Source: a virus. Taken from it: a DNA stretch of 64,000 nt. This document shows, one piece after another, positions 46,124 through 55,174 of the stretch. Made by a program: the position numbers and the translations under genes. The notes below the pieces were generated by a model that saw only the letters and a list, made by a program, of their open reading frames with translations, ran no database searches and had not been told where the DNA came from. Where the stretch lies: IMG/VR virus record IMGVR_UViG_3300046506_000220, positions 1-64,000 of that record; one strand, 5' to 3'. How positions within the stretch are numbered: position 1 is the stretch's first letter; each line of letters begins with the position of its first letter.

Positions 46124-46542
46124 GCAGCACCCCCCTGATGCTTGGCCCTGATGAGCGCGCTGCACTCACGGCCCTGCGCGGGCTGGCCAGTGCGAACCCC
46201 GTCGACATGCGGGTGCTGCCCAAAGCCCTCAGGACGCCTGAAGGCAAGGCCGCGCACATGGCCCGGATGACGCAGCAGTGCGTCACCATCCCGCTTGACT
46301 TCCTGGTCACCTTCAGCATCGAGACCGGGCATCCCATGGGCGCCTGCCGGCACATGAGCATCAGCGTCGGCAAGGCCGGGCGCGTACCCAACGAGCATGC
46401 CGTGTGGCTGGTCGCCGAAGCGCTGGGCTTTACGGGTGGGCTGGACACGTGCATGCACTGGCTGGAAACCTTGCAGGGCCACGGCCAGGCCGTTAACGTA
46501 GTGCAGTCTGTTCTGATCGCCGAAGGAGTGAAAAATGACTGA
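46120..46542 (+). CDS. Hypothetical protein
   Basis: ATGA coupling; RHMSISV motif. Confidence 0.6.
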   Translation: MSSTPLMLGPDERAALTALRGLASANPVDMRVLPKALRTPEGKAAHMARMTQQCVTIPLDFLVTFSIETGHPMGACRHMSISVGKAGRVPNEHAVWLVAEALGFTGGLDTCMHWLETLQGHGQAVNVVQSVLIAEGVKND

Positions 46543-46822
46543 TTTCGAACTGGCCTGTGCCACAGCCACGATGCTGGGCCGCCTGCAGATCGGGCTGAAA
46601 GCTGAACTGGCGGGCACGACTGACGCGGCTGAACGGCAGCGCCTGGAAGTACTGCTGCGTGGCATCCCGGACGCCTGCCTGCTGCTCGGCGTCGCCGCAG
46701 CCAGGCTCCAGGACGATGCCGGGCAGCGCCAGCCGGTGGAGAACCTGCGGCGTGGACATGAAGACAGCCGGCCCCCGTATCACGTTGCCCTGCATCCCCT
46801 GCACCCCGACGCAGACGTCTAA
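46535..46822 (+). CDS. Hypothetical protein
   Basis: AAGGAG RBS. Confidence 0.55.
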   Translation: MTDFELACATATMLGRLQIGLKAELAGTTDAAERQRLEVLLRGIPDACLLLGVAAARLQDDAGQRQPVENLRRGHEDSRPPYHVALHPLHPDADV

Positions 46823-47019
46823 TGCCTATCGGACCCGGCAAGTACGACGCCCTGTGCACCGACGTGCGTGAGCGCAGCCAGGCACAGGGCGCGATCGTCA
46901 TCATCCTGAACGGCGAGCACGGCTCGGGCTTTGCGGTGCAGGCCGATGCCGCCGCGACGCTGGCCCTGCCCCGGCTGCTTGAAAACCTTGCGCGGCAGAT
47001 TCGTGCCGACCTCACATGA
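46822..47019 (+). CDS. Hypothetical protein
   Basis: TAATG coupling. Confidence 0.55.
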   Translation: MPIGPGKYDALCTDVRERSQAQGAIVIILNGEHGSGFAVQADAAATLALPRLLENLARQIRADLT

Positions 47020-47216
47020 CGCCCATCTCTGATCTTGAAATCCTTGACGGCCTGACGATGCCCGGTCTGAACGTCGAGGCGACGCTTGAGCCACGTGAGC
47101 TGACGCTGCTGCTCTACGGCATCCGCAACATCATCGCGCGGCGCGAGCGGCTCGTTGAGCAGGTCGAGCGCGAGAAGGCCGCGCGTGAACTCCAGTACTA
47201 CCGCAAGACACCGTGA
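47016..47216 (+). CDS. Hypothetical protein
   Basis: ATGA coupling. Confidence 0.55.
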   Translation: MTPISDLEILDGLTMPGLNVEATLEPRELTLLLYGIRNIIARRERLVEQVEREKAARELQYYRKTP

Positions 47217-47446
47217 GCCAGTCACGAAAGGGGTCCGCGCTCGAGGCGCTCACCAACGTGGCCGTGGGCTATGGCGTCAACTGTACGGCCAACGCGCTGC
47301 TGTTCCCGCTGTTCGGCTGGCACATCACCACAACACAGAACATCACGCTCGGCGTGATCTACACGGTGATTTCGCTGGTCCGCTCATACGTATTACGTCG
47401 TTTCTATAACTGGCGCACCCTCCGTACGGCAGCGGCGCAGCCATAA
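47213..47446 (+). CDS. Small phage membrane protein
   Basis: QSRK.S.LEA..NV.VGY...SLVRSYVLRRFYN; two hydrophobic segments. Confidence 0.65.
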   Translation: MSQSRKGSALEALTNVAVGYGVNCTANALLFPLFGWHITTTQNITLGVIYTVISLVRSYVLRRFYNWRTLRTAAAQP

Positions 47447-47631
47447 GCGAACGGTACGAAATCCTCGAAAACGGCCGCGGCATCCGGTGCCTGCGCTGCG
47501 GCCTGACGTCGTGGCATCTGGGCGACGTGGCGCACCGCTACTGCGTGCAGTGCCACGTGTTTCATGACGATGACGATCAGGTATACGACGGGCTGAACGC
47601 ACCCGACGCAACCCGCAAAGGAGTGCACTGA
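47443..47631 (+). pseudogene. Zinc-finger microprotein with ATA in place of the start codon
   Basis: ATA AGC GAA...IRCLRCGLTSWH.GDVAHRYCVQCH...TGA; upstream in-frame stop at 47407. Confidence 0.5.
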
Positions 47632-47632
47632 C

Positions 47633-47845
47633 ATGGCGATGACCGTATGGATCCCCGAGACGCCCGCCGGCACGGTGCTGGACTGGCTCGTGGCCGAGAC
47701 GGAAGAGCAGGCCTGGCAGAACCTGCTGGAGGACGCCGCTGACATGCCGTATAACGGCGTGGCGGGCTTCAGGGCGCGTGGCTATCAGGTCTTCGAATAC
47801 GACGTGGTGGAAGAAGTGGTGAAAAACTGGGGGGCGCCGACATGA
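47633..47845 (+). CDS. Hypothetical protein
   Basis: AAGGAG RBS. Confidence 0.6.
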   Translation: MAMTVWIPETPAGTVLDWLVAETEEQAWQNLLEDAADMPYNGVAGFRARGYQVFEYDVVEEVVKNWGAPT

Positions 47846-48189
47846 AGTATTACGTACTCGACGCGAACATGGGGCCGGTACCGGTATCCGTGAACATCTG
47901 GGTGTCTTTTCTTCGATACGGAAATCGCATCGTCGCCGTTTCAGACATCGACGATGATGCGAAAGTTACGTCAATGTTCAACGGGACCGATTCGATGATG
48001 TACGCATCGTACGTGACGCACGTCGATGGGGAACTGCTCGGTGTAATCGGCTATCTGACCGAGGACGAAGCGAAAACCGGCCATCAGGAAATCTGCACAG
48101 CCCTGCGCGCGCTTGACGACCGCTCAGGCAACGCCATGTTCGCGGTTCTGTGTGAGATCAACCCTGAGAACCGCAGACGCGCATCATGA
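47842..48189 (+). CDS. Hypothetical protein
   Basis: ATGA coupling. Confidence 0.55.
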   Translation: MKYYVLDANMGPVPVSVNIWVSFLRYGNRIVAVSDIDDDAKVTSMFNGTDSMMYASYVTHVDGELLGVIGYLTEDEAKTGHQEICTALRALDDRSGNAMFAVLCEINPENRRRAS

Positions 48190-48359
48190 GCAGGATGAGC
48201 CTGTCCGACAGGCTGGATGCCGACGAGATTGCGACCTGCGTGGAGCGCCAGGAACTGCTGCAGGAGCTTGAGGACATCGAGGACCTGGTTGAACGCATGA
48301 AGGACCGCGCTGCGCGCCTGATGCGCCAGATTGCGGCGCTTGACGCGAGAACGACATGA
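48186..48359 (+). CDS. Small coiled-coil hypothetical protein (57 aa, absent from the ORF track)
   Basis: MSRMSLSDRLDADE...; ATGA coupling. Confidence 0.5.
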   Translation: MSRMSLSDRLDADEIATCVERQELLQELEDIEDLVERMKDRAARLMRQIAALDARTT

Positions 48360-48384
48360 GCCACTTACCACTTATACGCCTGGC

Positions 48385-48582
48385 ATGACCATCGCGCAGC
48401 TGCTGCAACCCTACACGGTCTACCTGGCCCTGTACGACTACGACGTGGAAGTCACGCTGCCCGTGGGCACTGACTTCGAACTGCTGACCAGGGTGAAGGA
48501 CGACTACATCGGGTTCTTTCGGCATCCGGAATACGGCGAGTTTGCCGTGCAGACGCCGGACGCTTTTCAGTTGAACGGCTGA
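48385..48582 (+). CDS. Hypothetical protein
   Basis: ORF within the cluster; start uncertain. Confidence 0.45.
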   Translation: MTIAQLLQPYTVYLALYDYDVEVTLPVGTDFELLTRVKDDYIGFFRHPEYGEFAVQTPDAFQLNG

Positions 48583-48638
48583 CGCGTGCGGGCTGCACAT
48601 GGGAATGGCTGATGGACTGAATGGGAGGGCATACAGCC

Positions 48639-48860
48639 ATGTTTGCTATCAAGGATTTGCCAGAGGAACTGAAGCAGAACCTCGTCATGAGCGCGATTGA
48701 TATCACCGGCCAGACGATGATGGCGAACCGCGAACGCCTTGCCGTGCTGCTGCTGGATCGCCGTCCGGCACTGAACGAAGCCATGGCAATCAGGGCGGTC
48801 GATTTCGCGCTCGAAGTCCTCGCGATGCTCGCGGCCGACGCCGAGGAAAACGTTGGATAA
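48639..48860 (+). CDS. Hypothetical protein
   Basis: GGAGG RBS. Confidence 0.55.
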   Translation: MFAIKDLPEELKQNLVMSAIDITGQTMMANRERLAVLLLDRRPALNEAMAIRAVDFALEVLAMLAADAEENVG

Positions 48861-48874
48861 CGCCTGCCTGACAC

Positions 48875-49063
48875 ATGGAATTACGCGACCTTTATGACGC
48901 TGTAGACACGCTGCGCGACATCCTGCCGGAAGGCTATGACGCGGAGCGTGTCTACAACGCGTTCAAGCACATCGACAAGATTGCGTTCGCACGCGGCTAC
49001 AACCGCTGCGCCGCAGACTTCAACCTGGGTATCACCATCGAGCCGACGGAGAACCAGGCATGA
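48875..49063 (+). CDS. Hypothetical protein
   Basis: ORF coupled to the next gene. Confidence 0.55.
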   Translation: MELRDLYDAVDTLRDILPEGYDAERVYNAFKHIDKIAFARGYNRCAADFNLGITIEPTENQA

Positions 49064-49416
49064 TCGACCCGGCTGAAATTGACCGGCTACTGGACGAGAT
49101 TATCGCCACGGTTCGCACGACGGCTAACACGTCGCTGCAGACGGCGACCGGACAGATTACGCTGCGCGGCGCGCTCCGCAGACTCTATGAGCTGGGCGTG
49201 ACCGACGGCATGGAACAGATGCTGTATCCCGGCACGGCGCAGGCCAACATCGAGGCCGAGCAAACGCGGCTTTTGCTGAACGTCGTGGCTGACACGCTTG
49301 AGGATAGCCACAAGAGCGTGCTGGCCGCGCAGCTGCGCCAGCGGTTCGACCTTGGCGACACGCACATCACGCCGCTCGCGCCCGGTATCTTCGTGCTGCA
49401 TGGGAAGAAATCATGA
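49060..49416 (+). CDS. Hypothetical protein
   Basis: ATGA coupling. Confidence 0.55.
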   Translation: MIDPAEIDRLLDEIIATVRTTANTSLQTATGQITLRGALRRLYELGVTDGMEQMLYPGTAQANIEAEQTRLLLNVVADTLEDSHKSVLAAQLRQRFDLGDTHITPLAPGIFVLHGKKS

Positions 49417-49631
49417 ACCTGCAAACCGGCGATAACGTGCTGATCGAGTGCGATGGTCGGCGCGTCCCAGGCGTCGTGATGCTGGCGTCCGGCAACGGCA
49501 AGTCGCTGGTGCTGGAGTTCGACGCGCTGCTGGACGGGCACCTTGGCATGATGGCCGTATCGCTCGCAGACGACGGCAAGTATTCGGCGCTTCTGACGGG
49601 TTCGGAAGTAGTCCTAATAAAACGTTGCTAA
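49413..49631 (+). CDS. Hypothetical protein
   Basis: ATGA coupling. Confidence 0.55.
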   Translation: MNLQTGDNVLIECDGRRVPGVVMLASGNGKSLVLEFDALLDGHLGMMAVSLADDGKYSALLTGSEVVLIKRC

Positions 49632-49639
49632 TTCCTTTT

Positions 49640-49912
49640 ATGTCAAATCCCCTGAGGACCGCTAAATGTCTGTACTGCAGCGAGCCGGTTCTGGAGAGTG
49701 ACCGCATCGGTCCGTACCCCGTGAACGGTGAGCCCGTGCACTGGGAGTGTGGGCTGCGCTGCGTCGTCGGTGGCCTCAATCATCTGAATGGGCAATGCTC
49801 ATGCTGTGGCGGTACGTTACCGCCCGACCCCGAAGGCTGTACCCGCAGGGAAGCCGCCCGCATGGCGGCGCAAGTCTGGATTGCACGAAACCCACTAAAA
49901 GGAAACGCTTAA
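49640..49912 (+). CDS. Cys/His-rich putative zinc-binding protein
   Basis: CLYC..HWEC..H....CSCCGG. Confidence 0.55.
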   Translation: MSNPLRTAKCLYCSEPVLESDRIGPYPVNGEPVHWECGLRCVVGGLNHLNGQCSCCGGTLPPDPEGCTRREAARMAAQVWIARNPLKGNA

Positions 49913-49913
49913 A

Positions 49914-50285
49914 ATGCTGACAGGAAAAAACGCAGACAGACAGCTGGCCGAGCTTCGCAGGCGCATCGAGGCTGAGCATGGGAAGTTCAAGGCCACCATA
50001 AGCGCGGCCATTCAGGCGTTTCTGGTGGAGCACGACCTGACGCTGGATGACCTGCGGCCGGTGACGGCCGCTGCGCCGGCAAGGCAGGCCAGGGTAAAGC
50101 GGGCACCAGTGGACGTGAAGAAGGCCCCCAGGAAAGCCCTGAAGAAGCGCAAGGCGGCCTTCAAGGGAACGCAGCCGCCGATGTACCGCAACCCCGAAAC
50201 GGACGCAACGTGGTCTGGTTTTGGGCGCATACCGGGCTGGATCGCCGGCAAGGACCGTGAACAGTTCCGCATCAACGGCGCCTGA
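49914..50285 (+). CDS. H-NS family nucleoid-associated protein
   Basis: PMYRNPETDATWSGFGRIPGWI.GKDREQF matches the H-NS C-terminal TWxGxGRxPxW motif. Confidence 0.85.
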   Translation: MLTGKNADRQLAELRRRIEAEHGKFKATISAAIQAFLVEHDLTLDDLRPVTAAAPARQARVKRAPVDVKKAPRKALKKRKAAFKGTQPPMYRNPETDATWSGFGRIPGWIAGKDREQFRINGA

Positions 50286-50327
50286 TGTCACCATGCCCGG
50301 CCGCTTCTCAATGACGATCGACGAGGT

Positions 50328-50594
50328 GTGACCATGTCACCAGACTCTCTGGTTCGCTTCATCGAGGCCAGGAACGCGGCCCTGCGCACGCTCGACCTGA
50401 ACTGGGCACGGCGGACGGTGCCGTATGTGAACGACGAGACGCTGCTCGTGACGCTGCATAAAACCCGTTACGACTGCACCATGATCGAGGATCACTTGCG
50501 CCTTGAAAGTGCTGAATGGCTGCGTGCGCGCGGCTACAAGGCCCTCGGCGGGGTGCCGCTGCTGCCGCCCGGCGAGCTGCCACGCGGCGTGTGA
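50328..50594 (+). CDS. Hypothetical protein
   Basis: ORF with GAGG RBS. Confidence 0.55.
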   Translation: MTMSPDSLVRFIEARNAALRTLDLNWARRTVPYVNDETLLVTLHKTRYDCTMIEDHLRLESAEWLRARGYKALGGVPLLPPGELPRGV

Positions 50595-50643
50595 GTGTTC
50601 CTGTAAAGGCTCACCTATAGCGTGTGATCAGCGCTCCTGTGGT

Positions 50644-50673
50644 GTAGTATGCTATACACGTATAGCATACTAC
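50644..50673. promoter_or_regulatory. 14-bp perfect inverted repeat, probable TA operator
   Basis: GTAGTATGCTATAC-AC-GTATAGCATACTAC. Confidence 0.7.
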
Positions 50674-50688
50674 CGTTGGGAGGTTCCC

Positions 50689-50913
50689 ATGCTTGCAATC
50701 CGGCTCCCCAGGGAGATCGAGGAGCGTCTTGATGCGCTGGCAGCCGCCACAGGGCGCACCAAAACCTTTTACGCCCGTGAGGCGATCCTGGAATACATCG
50801 ACGATCTGGAAGACCTCTACCTTGCCGAACATGAGCTTGAGGAAATCCGCGCCGGGCGCAGCATCCCCATTCCACTTGAAGATGTGATGAAGCAGTATGG
50901 TCTGGCGGATTGA
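50689..50913 (+). CDS. RHH antitoxin (RelB/StbD-like)
   Basis: MLAIRLP.EIE.RLD.LA..TGRTKTFYAREAI.EY.DDLEDLYLAE. Confidence 0.85.
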   Translation: MLAIRLPREIEERLDALAAATGRTKTFYAREAILEYIDDLEDLYLAEHELEEIRAGRSIPIPLEDVMKQYGLAD

Positions 50914-51169
50914 GTTGTCGGGGCTGGCACAGAAAAATCTGCGCGCCCTCGATCATGGAGCCGCAGACCGCATCCTGCGATATCTCACCGATCGGGTTGC
51001 CAGGCTGGACGACCCCCGCAGCATCGGCGACCCGCTCAAAGGCGCGAAGCTCGGCGAGTTCTGGAAGTATCGCGTGGGCGACTACCGGATCATCGCCGAC
51101 ATTCAGGACCACGCGTTGTGCATTCTGGTGGTGCGGATCGGCAACCGCCGCAAGGTCTACAGGCAATGA
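50897..51169 (+). CDS. RelE/StbE-family toxin
   Basis: DPRSIG.PLKG..LGEFWKYRVGDYRII..I.D....ILVVRIGNRRKVY. Confidence 0.9.
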   Translation: MVWRIELSGLAQKNLRALDHGAADRILRYLTDRVARLDDPRSIGDPLKGAKLGEFWKYRVGDYRIIADIQDHALCILVVRIGNRRKVYRQ

Positions 51170-51179
51170 CACTCACACC

Positions 51180-51425
51180 CTACTGGGCCGTGCTGGGTGC
51201 CGGGGGCACGCGGCCCTCGCAGCTGGCAATGAACTCCTTCATCGCGACCAGCATGTCCTCGCGCCGCGCATTGCTGATCCAGTTCATCCGGCCGCCCTGG
51301 ATCACCTCCAGATCAAACACCAGTAACGCGAAGCCGTAGCCTTCGAAAATCTCGGAAAGGGCCTGCGCGACCGAGTTCATTGTGTTGTGATGCTTCGCCT
51401 GAATCGGTGCCTCATTCTGGTCCAT
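51180..51425 (-). CDS. Hypothetical protein
   Basis: AAGGGAG RBS; GFALLVF...NWISNA.REDM. Confidence 0.6.
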   Translation of the reverse strand: MDQNEAPIQAKHHNTMNSVAQALSEIFEGYGFALLVFDLEVIQGGRMNWISNARREDMLVAMKEFIASCEGRVPPAPSTAQ

Positions 51426-51645
51426 GCTCCCTTCTCCCTGAGGTGACTGCCCTGATCTCGATCTCAAAGCGCGGCACGCCATCAACCGTGACCACGTGCG
51501 TTTCGCCCACGCCGATGTACTCGATGATCGCCTTGATGCAATCGCTCGTGACATCGACGGCGCCACGGTGAAACGTGTTGCCCGCCCGGTTCGTGTGCCC
51601 CGCCTTGATGCGCTTCGTGAGCGCGGTGCAGGCGACGTGGATCAT
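51412..51645 (-). CDS. Hypothetical protein
   Basis: AGGAG RBS; ATGA coupling. Confidence 0.55.
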   Translation of the reverse strand: MIHVACTALTKRIKAGHTNRAGNTFHRGAVDVTSDCIKAIIEYIGVGETHVVTVDGVPRFEIEIRAVTSGRREHGPE

Positions 51646-51932
51646 GACGGCTCCTGAGGGGCGATGAGCGGGTCCAGCCCGCGCGCGTGACGCCACTCGC
51701 GCACCGATGCGTCACCATCGAGCACGACGCGGGCGGCCATCACGGCGGTCTGCACGGCCTCCTTGCGCACCCTGGCAGCGCTCTCGTCGAACACGGCCTT
51801 GCACAGTTCGCCAAACTCTTCCGCAAGTGCAATGGTCATGACCCGGTCGCCGGGAAATTTCGCCCGCGCGAGGCGCAACTCGGCACGAACCTCGTTGAGG
51901 AAAATCTTCACCTCGTCATCATCGCGGATCAT
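51642..51932 (-). CDS. MazG-like nucleotide pyrophosphohydrolase
   Basis: LAEEFGELCKA...VRKEAVQTA. Confidence 0.6.
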   Translation of the reverse strand: MIRDDDEVKIFLNEVRAELRLARAKFPGDRVMTIALAEEFGELCKAVFDESAARVRKEAVQTAVMAARVVLDGDASVREWRHARGLDPLIAPQEPS

Positions 51933-52116
51933 TCGAACCGTCCTCCTCTTCGTCGGGTATCACCCCCCGTTGCGGGTAGAGATCAGCTGCTACCTCGGTG
52001 CGCAGCACTTCAACAAAACGGAGCAATGACTCCTCGTCAAACTCGATCGTGCCGTCGCTATAAACGATGGCGTATTCGCTGGCGAGTTCCAGGATGTCCT
52101 GTCTTGGGTCGCTCAT
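51919..52116 (-). CDS. Hypothetical protein
   Basis: ATGA coupling; GAGG RBS. Confidence 0.5.
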   Translation of the reverse strand: MSDPRQDILELASEYAIVYSDGTIEFDEESLLRFVEVLRTEVAADLYPQRGVIPDEEEDGSNDPR

Positions 52117-52400
52117 GCTGCTTCCTCGTCGTAATGGGCGAACGCATGCCACACATACAGCCCGCCGTGCTCGAAGAAGGTCGACACATAGTCACCCGCA
52201 TCCGGTGGCACATCGTGGCCGGTGCCCACGATGTTCACCGTGACCGCCTGCTGGTCCCCGGTATCGACCAGTGCGCGGTCCAGCAGCACCCAGGCGAAAA
52301 AGTCGCCGCTCTGCCAGTCCACCCTCTCGACCAGCGCCCCTGGTGGCAGCATCAGCTGCGTAGCACCCAGCTCAACCGGGTACTTGTAGATCGTTTGCAT
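52113..52400 (-). CDS. Hypothetical phage protein
   Basis: TIYKYP...VGTGH...YV.T....YVWH. Confidence 0.6.
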   Translation of the reverse strand: MQTIYKYPVELGATQLMLPPGALVERVDWQSGDFFAWVLLDRALVDTGDQQAVTVNIVGTGHDVPPDAGDYVSTFFEHGGLYVWHAFAHYDEEAA

Positions 52401-52454
52401 GCGACCCCCATCGGTTGCTGACACACGTAATGCTCGGCCTGTATCGGCTCTCCT

Positions 52455-52835
52455 TCAATAGATTTCAGCGGGCGCGGTGAACCACAGGCGCCTGGGCACA
52501 CCCCCGGCGACGGGCAGCGCGTACTGGATCAGATAGTCCTGATCCTTCTTCTGGGCCATCGACAGCTCGCCCGCATCGTGCCGCGCGCGACACAGGGCCA
52601 GCCGCTCCAGATCCCGCTCAAGCCAGCGTGACTCGCCGGGGCGCTTGCGCGCCACGATGAACCCGTACAGCTTCGGATCGCCCCAGCCGGCGAGCGGCAG
52701 CGTTCGCATGACCTGCACGACATGTTCGAGCGGGGTGTCCAGACGCGCGGCGATCAGCACAGGCGTGTAATTCAGCTCCAGTAACGACCTGATGGTTTCC
52801 ACGATCAACCTCCATGCGCACCTACGCCAGCTCAA
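52455..52835 (-). CDS. Hypothetical protein (possible N-terminal HTH)
   Basis: IAARLDTPLEHV; start uncertain. Confidence 0.45.
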   Translation of the reverse strand: MSWRRCAWRLIVETIRSLLELNYTPVLIAARLDTPLEHVVQVMRTLPLAGWGDPKLYGFIVARKRPGESRWLERDLERLALCRARHDAGELSMAQKKDQDYLIQYALPVAGGVPRRLWFTAPAEIY

Positions 52836-53148
52836 AAAAATACGTTTCCTTTCCGTCGGGCAGCTTCACGCGCACGGGCGACAGGTTGAACAGGCCACCC
52901 GTCGTGTAGTTGCACGGGCCGTTGCCCTTGCCTCGCGCGAACGCATCGCGTGGCTCGCCCTCGCGGTAGCGGCCGATGCACGAGAAGGCGACGGCACCCT
53001 CTGGCGCACCGGCATCGCGCCAGTCCTCAGTCGCGGCCTCAAACTTGCACAGCGGGCACACAAAGCGCCATTTCAGCGGATCCGCACCGAAGCGCCGCAC
53101 CGCCTCAGCCTTGAAGTCTTCCAGCGTGGTTTCGCGGATCTGGCTCAT
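52822..53148 (-). CDS. Cys-rich phage protein (VVA0879-like)
   Basis: RFG.D...WRFVCP.C...CIGR...CNY..GGLF. Confidence 0.6.
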   Translation of the reverse strand: MSQIRETTLEDFKAEAVRRFGADPLKWRFVCPLCKFEAATEDWRDAGAPEGAVAFSCIGRYREGEPRDAFARGKGNGPCNYTTGGLFNLSPVRVKLPDGKETYFFELA

Positions 53149-53152
53149 GGCT

Positions 53153-55174
53153 TCAGGCCATCAGAGGAAGGCTGAACACGTGATCCGCAACCGGTCGCTT
53201 GTGGGTCACGACGATGACCTGCCTGATGGTCTCTTTCAGCCGCTGCAGACACTCGGCGGTGTAGCACGCGCGCTCCTCGTCCATTGACTCGTCGAACTCG
53301 TCGGCCATGAACACACTGAACACGCCGTTGGTGAGCACCTGCCCGAGACCGATGCGCAGCGCGAGGTTGGCCACCGCCTTGCCTGAACCGGAGAGCGTCT
53401 GCACCTGCTGGCCGTCGACCGTGATGTTGAAATCGTCATCCACCACGATCGAGCTGCGCGCGCCCCCCGTCATCTGGTTCATCAGCAGTGAGGCCACCTT
53501 GTTGAGCGACGGAATCAGGAACGACTTGATGACCGTCTTCGCCTCCGCGATCGCCGCCTTCGCGTTCGCGTAGTCGTCGGCACGGGCAACCAGCCCGTCG
53601 TGCTGCGCCCGGTCAGCCTCCCAGGATTTCACAGCCGCTTCGTACGCGTTATGCGCCTGCTCATAGGCGCGCGACACCACCAGCCGCTCGTCCAGCTCAC
53701 TGAGTGTCTGCTCGACGCTCGCCAGCTCGGCGATGCGCGCTTCGCGCGCGGCCAGCTTCTCGAAGAACTGCTCGTAGGACATCAGCTGCGCGCCGTACGC
53801 GAGCAGCTCGCCGTCAAACTGCTGGCGGGCCTTGAGGTCGGCCGAACGGTCAGGGGTGTTTTCAATCGCCTCGGCCAGCGTCCTGACCGATGCTTCGGTG
53901 TCGCTTATCTCGGCCGCAAGCTGGCCGATCTCGAGCTTCAGCGCCTCGATCTGCTGCGCGAGGTCCGCCCGGTAGGCCTCGATCAGGCCCTGCGTGTGGG
54001 TGACGGCCTGTTCCAGCTCCGCGCGGCGCTCGATGTTGCCCAGCAGCGCGCGCTGGTTGCGCAGGAACTGGCGCGTCAGCTCCGGCGCCGGGGTCTCGGT
54101 GACGTCGGCGTACGCTTCGAGTGCGGCGCTCGCAAGCGGCCAGTGGTGGTCGCACTTCGGGCACACGTGCTCGCCCTGCCCGAGCAGCTTCTGCCTGGCG
54201 ACCCACCGCTCGTGCATGTCCCAGTGCGCCTCAACCACGTTGATGCCGGCTTCCTGCATCTCCGGCATCGGCAGCCCGGCGAGCTGCTGGGTGATGCGCG
54301 CCAGATCCATGTCAAGCATCGAGCGGCCATCGCGCTCGGCGTCAAGCTTCTCCAGCCCGGCGCGCTTGCGGTTCAGTTCGGCCGCCTGGCCGGCGAGCAT
54401 GCCCTCCAGCGTCTTCTTCGACGTGATCAGGGTGCTGCGGCTGTCGAGCAGCCCCTGCAGCGTCCCGGCGGTTTCGGTGATGGCGCAGACAGGCTCGACC
54501 GGTTTCAGCGGCTTGTGGGCCACCATACCGCGCAGCTGATGCAGCTCCGCGACCAGTTCAGCCGTCGTCGTGCGTTTGAGCGCGAGCGTCGTGCTGCTCT
54601 CGTAGCCTGACGGGATGGCGGGCTGCACAGGCTCGCGCAGCACGCTCGCGAGGCCTTCGGCCTGGCGGCGGAACGTGAGCGACTTCTCGTTGAATTCCTT
54701 GACCATGTCATCGAGCACCGTCAGGCCAATGGTCTGGTCGACGATCTTCTTGCGCTCGGCGGGCTTCGCGTCCGAGAGCTTCTCGATCTGCCCCTGCAGG
54801 CAGGCGTTGGCCATCGTGAACACGTCGAAGTCGTAGCCGAAGATCTCCTTCATCTTTGCGTTCACGGGCTTGGTGCCCGTCGCGACGTCCTGCTCGCCGT
54901 CGTTGAGCACCCGGATGAGCTTCGCGTTCTTCACCGTGCGCACCACGCGGTACATCATCTCGCGCACGACGAACTCAAGCGTCACCTCCAGCTTTTTGTA
55001 ATCCTCGACGGCGCCGCGCAGCGCCACGGTGCCCCACAGGGCGAACAGGATCATCTCCAGCGTGACGCTCTTGCCGCTCTCGTTCTTGCCCGTGATGGCG
55101 GTCTGGCCAGTCTTGAACTCGAACACCGAGTTCGCGTGGCGATAGCCGTTCCTGATATGCAGTCTGTTAAGCAT
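53153..55174 (-). CDS. SbcC/Rad50-like SMC ATPase
   Basis: GKNESGKS Walker A; QGQI Q-loop; CPKC zinc hook; LSGSGK signature; MADEFD; VVTH. Confidence 0.88.
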   Translation of the reverse strand: MLNRLHIRNGYRHANSVFEFKTGQTAITGKNESGKSVTLEMILFALWGTVALRGAVEDYKKLEVTLEFVVREMMYRVVRTVKNAKLIRVLNDGEQDVATGTKPVNAKMKEIFGYDFDVFTMANACLQGQIEKLSDAKPAERKKIVDQTIGLTVLDDMVKEFNEKSLTFRRQAEGLASVLREPVQPAIPSGYESSTTLALKRTTTAELVAELHQLRGMVAHKPLKPVEPVCAITETAGTLQGLLDSRSTLITSKKTLEGMLAGQAAELNRKRAGLEKLDAERDGRSMLDMDLARITQQLAGLPMPEMQEAGINVVEAHWDMHERWVARQKLLGQGEHVCPKCDHHWPLASAALEAYADVTETPAPELTRQFLRNQRALLGNIERRAELEQAVTHTQGLIEAYRADLAQQIEALKLEIGQLAAEISDTEASVRTLAEAIENTPDRSADLKARQQFDGELLAYGAQLMSYEQFFEKLAAREARIAELASVEQTLSELDERLVVSRAYEQAHNAYEAAVKSWEADRAQHDGLVARADDYANAKAAIAEAKTVIKSFLIPSLNKVASLLMNQMTGGARSSIVVDDDFNITVDGQQVQTLSGSGKAVANLALRIGLGQVLTNGVFSVFMADEFDESMDEERACYTAECLQRLKETIRQVIVVTHKRPVADHVFSLPLMA

